A program made the translations under genes and the position numbers. Positions 52,050 through 63,400 of a stretch of 64,000 bases of DNA are shown piece after piece (the first letter of the stretch is position 1; each line of letters opens with the position of its first letter). The notes beneath the pieces are model-generated. The model made no database searches. It had not been told where the DNA came from and saw only the letters and a list, made by a program, of their open reading frames with translations. The stretch comes from Eledone cirrhosa. Lineage: Eukaryota. Location: the NCBI GenBank assembly GCA_964016885.1, contig OZ024740.1, positions 428,606,001 through 428,670,000 of the forward strand. Reading direction: 5' to 3'.

Positions 52050-53885
52050 GTCTGTGAGGAAGATGAAAGACCAAGGGAGCATCCCTTCTCTGTGCTCCTG
52101 AAGAGAAGGGTTGCACACTTTTTTCGGGGGTGTGTGCGACCCCCCAAGGCGCCTCCTCTCTATTGAGGACTTTGTTATACATTTTATTTTTTGTTATATT
52201 TTATTTTATTTTTATATATTGTTACAGGGGCTAAGCTGAACCGGGACAAGTCGATCGGTTTGCAACTCGGCACGTGGAGAGGCAAACTGATGCCCTCTGA
52301 CGGCGTCGTCGGACGCTGGACGGGGGGCCCGGTGAAGTTGCTCGGGGTCTGGTTCGGACCGGACCTCCAGGTGGAGAAGAACTGGGCGGAGGTTACGAAC
52401 AGGGTGTTTGCACTGACCCAGAAGTGGGCCAGTTGCAAACTATCCCTGAAAGGTCGGGTGGAGGTGGCGAACACCTATATAGCGTCCGTCATCTACTACC
52501 GCCTGACCGTAGTGCCCTGCCCAAGGGAAACCCTCGCCAAGATGGAGCGCGCGCTCTTCCAATTCCTTTGGAAGAGGCGGGCTCCCTTGGTGAGGAGATC
52601 CATCTGCTGTCAACACCCTTCGAAAGGAGGGCTGGGGATGCCGTGGCTAATGATGCGTAAACACGCATTAAGGCTACGGCACCTCTACGTATTCCTCACC
52701 AGTCAACCGGTCTGGGCCTCGTTTGTGAGACGAACCTTTCCCAGACTCGTCTCACTCACCGAGCTGCAATCCTGGGTCAAGCAAAGACCGAGAAAACTGG
52801 GCGCCTGGCACACTGAGTGTGCCCAGGCGCTCACCGCCCTCTGGCAGGTGGATCCGGTTATCAGTGGAGACTCCACCGCAACATTCTATAGAGGGCTGGT
52901 ACGCAGCAGGTGTGACGACGCCCTCGGAGAAGCCCTAGATATGGAGGAGGACGAACTGGCCAGCCTGTTCGGTAGGACATTCAGCCCGGGACCTATGGAC
53001 AACTTCCAGAAGTCCCTGGCCTGGCAGTGCTACCGAGGAGCTCTACCCGTTCGAGAAAAGCTCTACAGACACGGGCGCCCGGGTAGGGACCCCGCCAAAA
53101 AGATCTGTCCCAGATGCGTGTGCGACGAGGAAACCGTTGCACACGCATTGGTACACTGCTCGGGCGTAGCCGATCTGTGGGGCTATGTCGAACAACTGCT
53201 GTCAAGGGTGGGATCGATCCGGTTGACCACCGAGTCTATTGTAATGATCAAGCCGCCTCCCCCTTCAAAGATGAAGGAGAGGCTGTGTTTCTGTGTGTAA
53301 TAGCCATGGTGAAAGAAGTTGTATGGTGGACGCGTCTGAAAGGACTGAGGTCAGGCACCTTTCTCTCTGGCCAACAACTGGTCCGTTTCTTCCGATATCA
53401 TTTCGGAAGAAGGATCAGGATGGAGAGAGAGGTGCTCCACCCCAGTCGTTTTTATGAAAGGTGGGTGAAAGTGGCGAGAATGGCCCGTGTGAATGGGCCT
53501 TCTCTTTACATAAGCCTGTAGGTGGAAAAGAGGAAGGAACGAGGGAGCATCCCCTCTCTGTGCTCCTGGGGAGAAGGGTTGCACACTTTTTTCGGGGGTG
53601 TGTGCGACCCCCCAAGGCGCCTCCTCTCTATTGAGGATTTTGTTATAATTTTATTTTTTGTTATATTTTATTTTATTTTTATATATTGTTATTGCCTCCT
53701 TCCTATTGAGGACGCCTTGTTTTGTAAACTCCCCCCATTGTACTTGTCCCACTTTTGATGCCCTGGTGGCAAATAAAAGAAACATATCTATCTACATACC
53801 TATCTATCTATCAATCTAAACACCTTTCTCTCCGGACAACAACTTATCCCCTTCTTTAAGTACCACTTTAGAAGGAAGGTGAGAG

Positions 53886-53946
<61 letters not shown>

Positions 53947-54276
53947 GCTACACCCCAGTAAATTCGCTGAATGGTGGGTGAATGTGGCGAAAATGGCCCG
54001 GACGAATGGGCCTTCTCTGTATATAAACCTGTAGGTTGAGGAAGATAAACAGAGGGAAGACAGGAACACCTACAAAACGTGTTCCTGGTGTTAAGGGTTG
54101 TTCTATCCACGGGGTGCAAAACAACCCTGCAGTAAAGTTCCCCCCTATTGGGGATTTTAATTGTTATTTTATTATATATAGTTTATTGTTATTTATTAAT
54201 GTTAAGGTTATTTTTATGTAAAACCCCCGCCGTCACGTCTTGTAATGTCCCATTTTTGTACGCCCCTGTGGCAAAT
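50840..54276 (+). mobile_element. Head-to-tail train of five 5'-truncated Tx1-type copies (D 50840-51077, E 51104-52014, F 52054-52224, G 52222-53782, H 53820-54276)
   Basis: Repeated ORF2 C-termini and 3' UTRs in the same orientation, separated by (TATC)n except at F/G. Confidence 0.9.
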
Positions 54277-54284
54277 ATATATAT

Positions 54285-54515
54285 ATTGGAAAATGTGTGA
54301 AATCCTTGGTACAGTTAGGTATATTTAAAAAAAAGGAAAAACATGATTTCACTTGTAGTGTTAAAAAATGTTTGATTTAATTTTATATTATATTATGAGT
54401 TGGTAGATCCAGTAACTGGATCTACCGACTCATAATATTATAAAATTATAAAATTAAATCAAAAATGTGTTTAATAGTACAAGTGAAGTCATTTGTTTCC
54501 TTTTTTTCAAATATA
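54285..54515. mobile_element. (TA)n-flanked fold-back element
   Basis: Imperfect ~95-bp arms around GGTAGATCCAG-TAA-CTGGATCTACC, short unpaired tail on the left. Confidence 0.6.
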
Positions 54516-54530
54516 TATATACATATATAT

Positions 54531-54599
<69 letters not shown>

Positions 54600-54750
54600 A
54601 GTGGGTGTAACTAGGAGTTACTGCAGGTTCACCCGGGTGAGCACTCGATGTTTAGGTTCACTTCTGTGATGATGTGTAGAGCTATACAGAGTGTAAAATA
54701 TAGAAAGGATAAAAAGGACGATTGATTATTCCTTCATTGCATTTATTGAT

Positions 54751-54840
54751 AGGTGACGCGCGGCGTTTCGCCACTGATCAGCTCAAGGTTCGATCTATAT
54801 CGATCCTACCCGACTCAATAATCGGCAGCTCGACGGACCC
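54751..54840 (-). ncRNA. Hammerhead-like motif with extended stem II and altered core (CCGTCGA)
   Basis: gggt-CCGTCGA-gctgccgat-[insert]-atcagtggc-GAAA-cgc cgc gcg-TC-acct on the minus strand. Confidence 0.6.
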
Positions 54841-55097
54841 TCTTAAAATGCTATAAGAAAATGAAATACATGCTATGTGGTAAAGTCAGAGTTTCAAGAG
54901 TTTGACAAAATGAGTTGTTTTGATTGGTGGGAAGGATCAAGGCGATGTACTGGCCTGTAGTGTATATGGGGGTGAGTGTGATGGTGAGATGTTGATGACG
55001 GTCTGTGGATGAGGTGGGCTGTGGTGTGGTGGTGGTGGGTTGGCCTCGGCGTGTAGAGTATGTGGGGGTGGATGTGATGATATGGTGGTGGTTATGG

Positions 55098-55129
<32 letters not shown>

Positions 55130-55133
<4 letters not shown>

Positions 55134-55240
55134 CGAGGGAGTTGTGGAAAGGAACCAGATGGACCATAACGCACCAGAGCACTCAATACTAGGAAAACGT
55201 ATGACCCCAACGGCAGCGCTCAAGCCGTTTCGACGGCTAT
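55130..55240 (-). mobile_element. Family A fragment
   Basis: Matches 14743-14872 with an internal deletion; (TA)n on both sides. Confidence 0.65.
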
Positions 55241-55262
55241 ATGTATATATATATATGTATAT

Positions 55263-55372
<110 letters not shown>

Positions 55373-55489
55373 GAAGTAATTCCGTCGGAAAAGTCCAGAA
55401 AAAAGAGTGCTCTATGTAGGTAACAGAGCTTAATAGTTATGTAATAAAGGTTTTTTAAGAATCCAGTTCAATAAATAGACCAGGATTTT

Positions 55490-55547
55490 TTCATTCTGAT
55501 GATTGAAAGCAAAATTTTTAGCTTTTAAGAAACCACTGGTAAATGGA
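55490..55547 (+). ncRNA. Type I hammerhead ribozyme
   Basis: ttcatt-CTGATGA-ttgaaagc-loop-gcttttaa-GAAA-cca c tgg-TA-aatgga. Confidence 0.8.
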
Positions 55548-55573
55548 ATAATTGCCTTATGTTGTTTATTACA

Positions 55574-55707
<134 letters not shown>

Positions 55708-55779
55708 TCAATGTCCTGCAACTAGAAATAGCAGCAGTCCAAACGGCCAAGTTTTATCTCTACCTTAGGGGAGATTAAT

Positions 55780-56356
55780 AATAATAAAGTATGAATTCCT
55801 ACGTGTAAAAAATACATATAGGGATACAAGTATTATCCAACCGTATGCCAATGTGGTTCTATGGCGGGTTAATAAATTAACAAGCCAGAACATATAAAAT
55901 CAAGGTCTTGCCTATAAAATTCCCGAGTTCAAATCACAAACTGACGCCATACAAAACCATTCCCGGAGATTCTTTGCACACGGCACCAGACGGAATTATT
56001 TCTTTTATCATTCACTCTCATCTGGGAATGGTTTTGTATGGCGTCAGTTTGTGATTTGAACTCGGGAATTTTATATTCTCCGAGTGAGAAGAGCCTTCTG
56101 AAGATGGTTCCCTTCTCAATGAGTGTCCGCTTGGATTATCCGTTTATTCTGGAACTTGAAACCGCGGTAAAGGGCCAGATCGTAAGTACAGCGAATTTTT
56201 TAAAATTTATTTTAAAACTTTTTCTCTATTTGCTAGACCTTGATTTTATATGTTCTGGCATGTTTATTTATTAACCCGCCATAGAACCACATTGGCATAC
56301 GGTTGGATAATACTTGAATCACCATATGAATTTTTTACACGTAGAAATTCATACTT

Positions 56357-56362
<6 letters not shown>
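55780..56362 (+). mobile_element. Penelope-like fold-back element; right arm has an extra ~155 bp containing a hammerhead
   Basis: 55780-55910 pairs with 56231-56362, and 55912-55963 pairs with 56024-56075. Confidence 0.7.
56094..56173 (+). ncRNA. Type I hammerhead ribozyme, U.U/G.U stem II variant
   Basis: cctt-CTGAAGA-tg-gttcc...ggaac-tt-GAAA-ccgcgg-TA-aagg; palindromic stem III ACCGCGGT. Confidence 0.78.
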
Positions 56363-56422
<60 letters not shown>

Positions 56423-56428
<6 letters not shown>

Positions 56429-56850
56429 AGAAAATGTGAAGTAGTATCAGATGTTAAAGTCTTTTATTGGTAATACTGTGGTACATATTTCAATGACGAC
56501 AGTGGCCACACGATTCCGTGTACCCAGTGCCGTGACATCATCAGACAGTTTCTTATATAATAAGGTTACGTTCCCAAGGCAATCCAAACAGAAGCAACAA
56601 GGGAACGGACAAGGCATGTGTTCTTGAAACGCACGTAACCTTATTATATAAGAAGCTGTCTGATGATGTCACGGCACTGGGTACACGGAACCGTGTGGCC
56701 ACTGTCGTCATTGTAATATGTATCACAGCATTATCAATAAAGGTCTTTAACATCTGAAACTACTTCACATTTTCTCATTCTAAATATACTCCGTTTCTCC
56801 TATGTCGGAAAAATGCGTCGAGTGCTTGATTTGATTTGCATCAATATTTA
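56423..56850 (+). mobile_element. Penelope-like fold-back element with hammerheads at 56475-56549 (-) and 56655-56729 (+)
   Basis: Arms ~56423-56570 and ~56632-56782, unpaired tail on the right; gctgt-CTGATGA-tgtca...tcatt-G(T/A)AA-tatgta-(T/C)C-acagc. Confidence 0.75.
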
Positions 56851-56882
56851 TCGTAAGAAGTATCCACACACACACACACAAA

Positions 56883-56936
<54 letters not shown>

Positions 56937-56953
56937 ACACACACACACACACA

Positions 56954-56990
<37 letters not shown>

Positions 56991-57057
56991 TTATGTGTGT
57001 GTGTGGGGGGGGGTGTTTATGTATATATGCATGTATATATGTATGTATATATGTTTG

Positions 57058-57668
57058 TGTCAGGTCACCAGTTGGTGCTACTGGTAACATGTATTCCAGT
57101 ACAACCTGTCTCATGGTCGGGTCGTTGGCGACTAAACTGGCAACCCCACCAAGGTTTCTTGGTGAGGAGGGTGACTTTGGACATCCTGCAGGACTAAAAA
57201 CAAAACCTGTCTATAGGGCAAAGGAGCTCTTAAGAGTCAATGGCCATCCAAAATCACCGGGAGCGATGACCCCTTAGCTTTTGTCAAGGCAGAATTCTAG
57301 GAGAAGGAAAACTCTGATATAACACCTGCAACCCTGATGGTATCCAATGATGTTGACTTGTTCTTCTTTTTGGTAAATATCATCTTGGTTAAGAGAGTGG
57401 GACTGGCTTTGTGCAGTGCCTTTGCTCACTATAAAAGCTTCACGGCACAGGCATTGCTTTATATCTGGAGATCTCTCTGCACTTGTCGTCACATGGTGCC
57501 ATGGGCCCAGCACTATGTGTCAATAATTGTCACAAATGTAGTGTTTGTACCAGAGTTTTCAAGTCACTGGCTGGACTAAAAAGTCACACTCGTTCAGCGC
57601 ATCGGTAGGGTTCTCCTACATGGATATAAAGTAGTGGCCGTACTCGAAAACGAGTTGGCAGCCACCAT
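57058..57668 (+). mobile_element. ~610-bp non-autonomous element with RTE-like 5' UTR motifs, copy 1
   Basis: Near-identical inverted copy at 59744-60355; contains CTAGGAGAAGGAAAACTCTGA; ends at (TA)n. Confidence 0.6.
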
Positions 57669-58511
57669 ATATGTATGTATATATATATATATGTATGTAA
57701 GTATGTATATATATATGTATATATTTATATATGTATATATGTATGTATGTATATATATATGTATATATATGTATGTATTTATGCATTCCTACTTTTGTAG
57801 ACTGACTGTGCCAAGCAACACAGGAGATAATAATTCCCTTCACTTTTAATATCAATTAACTAATTACAAAATTAATTATCTCATCAATCAATTAATTAAT
57901 TAATTCGTTTGTCAGATTCCTTCCGTCATAATCCCTCCCGATATCGATGACATGTCTTTTGTACACTTACCCCCACCCCCTGCTTTATGTTCTGTCTTAG
58001 TTAATTGATACGAAAGACGGGGAGCAGTTTTTCTGACCAACAAATATGATTGGTTGATATGTGAGAAGTCTCGTTAACGTGATGTTACATCGTAGAAGTT
58101 TCGTTAACGTGTGTTGCATCGTACTTGACAGAACACCTGTTCGCAGTTCCACCACTTGAGTTATCGACAAAACATTATGCTGACCTAACGAGGAAGCCTT
58201 ATTCCTGAAAGAGTCTTGGGGAAAGTGTCCTTAAATTCTTCTTCTAGATGGTCATATCAGAAGCAACCGTCTCCAATCGATCTGACTAGATTCCCAAGAG
58301 AGATCAGCAGAGCTCATGGATGTTATCCAACCATCTTGGAAGGGGTCTACCCCTGGTTCTCTGACCAGAGATTTTTTTATTGAGACATTCTTACCACGAG
58401 CCGGCAATATAGGAGATTTCATTATTCAAATTGTTATAAAGAAAATATTAGCTGTCTTTGATAAAATTGAACTCAATTTTGGCTGACTTTAGAGTAAACG
58501 ACCACAAAGTA

Positions 58512-58746
58512 CGAGAGTCGGCTGAAAAGTTCATAGGCTGGCCAAGATACTCTCATGGAATGACCAAATGAGGTTTATTATTCAACATAGTCCCTGGAAA
58601 GAAACAAGCAATTATTAATTAGAGTAGAAATAATTGCATTGTAAGATTTCACAGCTCTGAAAAATAAACCTTATTTGGTCATTCCATGAAAGTATCTTAG
58701 TCAGCCCATGAACATTTCAGCTGAGCCACATATCAGCCGATACTCG
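58512..58746. mobile_element. Mariner-type MITE
   Basis: TA|CGAGAGTCGGCTGAAAAGTTCAT... long inverted repeats ...TCAGCCGATACTCG|TA. Confidence 0.7.
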
Positions 58747-59241
58747 TACATGTGTGTTGGACCTCCAGTGGCTCTGACGAGAGTTTGTACAACTTGAGTG
58801 TGTAATGTACACTTGCATGTGGTTGAACATTTCACAACTACATGTAACCTTAACGTAGTTCTCAGTCAAAATGACACATTGTGACTCAATTGGTCCTTTG
58901 AAATACAGTTACATCCTATTGCCGAATGGAATGAGGCAAAGTGTCTTGCTAAAAGATACGACGTACTGCGGGAAGGTGGAACCACAGCTTTTTTAGGATT
59001 GTAACACAAACACCCTAACCACAATGCCACGAATCTTCCATCATCAAAGTGGACCAGGGCAGGAATTGAACTCAAAGACATGATACAAATACACAACATA
59101 CTAACATCGCCCACCTTCTTGACATACATATGTATATATACAAATAAACACCAGCATATACACACGCTCAAATGTATGTATGCGTGTACATATATATATA
59201 TGTATATATATATATATTTCGTTTCTGAATTTGTTTATATA

Positions 59242-59281
<40 letters not shown>

Positions 59282-59705
59282 TATATGTACATTTTTAAAC
59301 ATCTATTTGAACAAGATTTGTAGTAGAATAACATACATAAAGATAACACAAAAAACACACATCCGCACACGTATACATACACACGTATACATAAATACAT
59401 ACATACATACACACACATACATATATATATATATATATGTGTATATATATATATTGTTTAATATTTTATATATATATATATATATATAAGTGTATATATA
59501 TATATATATATAGTACACGTGTATTTGTAGGAACATACGACTTAAATCAACAAAGCTAGTGGTGTCACAAAAAGAAGCAGTGTTTTATCCATCAACCCTT
59601 AATGTAGTCAGTTAAAAAGGGGTCGTAAAGAAAACTATAACAATCTTATATGAAGCTAACATAAATGACAATAACAAACATACATACACTGGCTGCCTGG
59701 CGCAC

Positions 59706-59743
<38 letters not shown>

Positions 59744-59747
<4 letters not shown>

Positions 59748-60355
59748 TGGCTGCCAACTCGTTTTCGAGTACGGCCACTACTTTATATCCATGTAGGAGA
59801 ACTCCTACCGATGCACTGAACGAGTGTGACTTTTTAGTCCAGCCAGCGACTTGAAAACTCTGGTACAAACACTACACTTGTGACAATTATTGACACATAG
59901 TGCTGGGCCCATGGTACCATGTGACGACAAGTGCAGAGAGATCTCCAGGTATAAAGCAATGTCTGTGGCGTGAAGGTTTTATAGTGAGCAAAGGCACTGC
60001 ACAAAGCCAGTCCCACTCTCTTAACCAAGATGATATTTACCAAAAAGAAGAACAAGTCAACATCATTGGATACCATCAGGGTTGCAGGTGTTATATCAGA
60101 GTGTTCCTTCTCCTAGAATTCTGCCTTGACAAAGGCTAAGGGGGTCATCTCTCCCGGTGATTTTGGATGGCTATTGACTCTTAAGAGCTCCTTTGCCCTT
60201 TGACAGGTTTTGTTTTTAGTCCTGCAGGATGTCCAAAGTCACCCTCCTCACCAAGAAACCTTGGTGGGGTTGCCAGTTTAGTCGCCAACGACCCGACCAT
60301 GAGACAGGTTGTACTGGGATACATGTTACCAGTAGCACCAACTGGTGACCTGACA
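59744..60355 (-). mobile_element. ~610-bp non-autonomous element, copy 2
   Basis: Reverse complement of 57058-57668 with the same boundaries. Confidence 0.6.
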
Positions 60356-60420
60356 TAGAAGCGGCGGCCTACCGCATGCCGTCTTCTTCAACCAGCCCTG
60401 ATAGATAGATAGATAGATAT

Positions 60421-63400
60421 ATTTCTTTTATTTGCCACTAGGGCATCAAAAGTGGGACAAGTACAAAGGGGGGAGTTTACACAAAAAGGCGTCCTCAATA
60501 AGGAGAAGGCAATAACAAAATATAAAAATAAAATAAGATATAACAAAAAATAAAATTTTTAACAAAATCCTCAATAGAGAGGAGGCGCCTTGGGGGGTCG
60601 CACACACCCCCGAAAAAAGTGTGCAACCCTTCTCCTCAGGAGCACAGAGAAGGGGTGCTCCCTTGGTCTTTTATCTTCCTCACCTATAGTCTGATGTAGA
60701 GTGAAGGCCCATTCACACGGGCCATTCTCGCCACTTTCACCCATCTTTCATAGAAACGGCTGGGGTGCAGCACCTCTCTCTCCATCCTGATCCTTCTTCC
60801 GAAATGATATCGGAAGAAACGGACCAGTTGTTGGCCAGAGAGAAAGGTGCCCGACCTCAGTCCTTTCAGACGCGTCCACCATACAACCTCTTTCGCCATG
60901 GCTATTACGCACAGAAACACCGCCTCTGCTTCATCTTTGAAGGGGGGAGGCGGCTTGATCATTACAATCGACTCGGTGGTCAACCGGATCGGTCCCACCC
61001 TTGACAGCAGTTGTTCGACATAGCCCCACAGATCGGCTACGCCCGAGCAGTGTACTAATGCGTGTGCAACGGTTTCCTCGTCGCACACGCATCTGGGACA
61101 GATCTTTTTGGCGGGGTCCCTACCCGGGCGCCCGTGTCTGTAGAGCCTTTCTCGAACGGGTAAAGCCCCTCGGTAGCACTGCCAGGCCAGGGACTTCTGG
61201 AAGTTGTCCATAGGTCCCGGGCTGAATGTCCTACCGAACAGGCTGGCCAGTTCGTCCTCCTCCATGTCTAGGGCTTCTCCGAGGGCGTCGTCGCACCTGC
61301 TGCGTACCAGCCCTCTATAGAATGTTGCGGTGGAGTCTCCACTGATAACCGGATCCGCCTGCCAGAGGGCGGTGAGCGCCTGGGCACACTCAGTGTGCCA
61401 GGCGCCCAGTTTTCTCGGTCTTTGCTTGACCCAGGATTGCAGCTCGGTGAGTGAGACGAGTTTGGGAAAGGTTCGTCTTACAAACGAGGCCCACACCGGT
61501 TGTCCGGTGAGGAATACGTAGAGGTGCCGTAGCCTTAATGCGTGTTTACGCATCATTAGCCACGGCATCCCCAGCCCTCCTTTCGAAGGGTGTTGACAGC
61601 AGATGGATCTCCTCACCATAGGAGCCCGCCTCTTCCAAAGGAATTGGAAGAGCGCGCGCTCCATCTTGGTGAGGGTTTCCCTTGGGCAGGGCACTACGGT
61701 CAGGCGGTAGTAGATGACGGACGCTATGTAGGTGTTCGCCACCTCCGCCCGACCTTTCAGGGATAGTTTGCAACTGGCCCACTTCTGGGTCAGTGCAAAC
61801 ACCCTGTTCGTAACCTCCGTCCAGTTTTTCTCCACCTGGAGGTCCGGTCCGAACCAGACCCCGAGCAACTTCACCGGGCCCTCCGTCCAGCGTCCGACGA
61901 CGCTATCGGAGGGCATCGGTCTGCCCCTCCACGTGCCGAGTTGCAAACCGATCGACTTGTCCCGGTTCAGCTTAGCCCCTGTGAACTTTTCGTACTCCTC
62001 CAGTAAGGTGCCGACCGCCTCGATTTCGGAGGCCGTCGACACCATTACTGTCACGTCATCGGCGTAGGCCGACACCGCTTTCCGCAATCCCGGTTCCAAA
62101 GGGATGCCCTGCAACAACTCCAACTTCCGCAGTAGTGGCTCGAGAGTCAACACATACAGAAGGGAGGAGAGAGGGCACCCTTGTCGGATGGACCGCGCGA
62201 TTTTGAACGGCTCCGAGAGGTAGCCGTTCACCTTGACCCTAGAGCAGATGCGGCTGCTGTGCATAGCAGTGATCCAGCCCCTGAAAACGGGTCCGAAGCC
62301 TGCCGCCGCTAGCACCGCATCCAGGTAACCATGGTCGACCCTATCGAACGCCTTAGATTGATCCAAGTTGATCAGAGCCCCACCAAAGCCGGGTTCGTTC
62401 CCAACCCTCTCTATGATGTATCGCATGAGGTGGAGGTTGTCATGGATGGACCTGGACGGGATAGCGCATGTCTGCGCATCTCCCACCAGGTTGCCCACGA
62501 CAAGCGCCAACCTCTTTGCTAGCACCTTGGCCAAAATCTGTAACTCTGTATTTAGCAGTGTTATGGGCCTGAAGTTACTTATTTCGTCCCCCTTGTTCTC
62601 GTCCTTCCTCACTAGCGTGACTACGCCCTTGGTCACAGTACAGGGAATTCTCCCGTTCTGTTGCCAGTTGCAGTAGACCGCCTCGAGGAGATCGGGGAAC
62701 AAGTCCGGCATAGCTAGATATAATTCGTAAGGAAGACCATCGAGACCCGGGGATTTGCGTTTGCCGCATTGGCTCAGCACGTCCTCTATCTCAGCGGCCG
62801 AAATCGGCTCCTCGCAGGACTTCGCCTCCCTGTCCGAGAGGCGCGGCAGGCCGTCGAGGTATGGACCGAAGTCCACGTTCCCAACCGGCTCCCCGCCCCT
62901 CCCGAACAGTCGGGCAAAGTGCCTTTGAAAGGCCTCACACATCTGCTTAGGCTCAAGAATCGCCCGTCCATCCAGGTCTTGCAAAGACCGGATGGTGGAT
63001 TTAGTTCCACTGTTGGCCTCTGTCACGCGGGCCCAGCTAACAGCTTTGGTCCCCTCGTTCCCTAGAGCACGTATTTTACTTCGGACAACGCAGCCTTCGT
63101 GCTTCGCGTCGAAAAACTGGCTCAACGCCGTTCTCGACGCTAGCACTCTGGCCACGTCGCCGCTTCTAATTGCCTCTTCTACTCTATCTATTAGCTCCCT
63201 TTCCTTCCTATTCCTATCCGCAGCTAGAACCTTACTAAATTCTATCGAGACTACTCTAATCTCTCTCTTTAGAGATACCCACCACCTGCTGTTGACGATC
63301 GCTCCAGTCAACCGTTCCTTAACTAACGTACTAATCCGATTCCTGTAGGCTCTACTTGCCGGCAAGGACAAGTTGAGCTTCCAGTAACCGGGGCCCTGTC

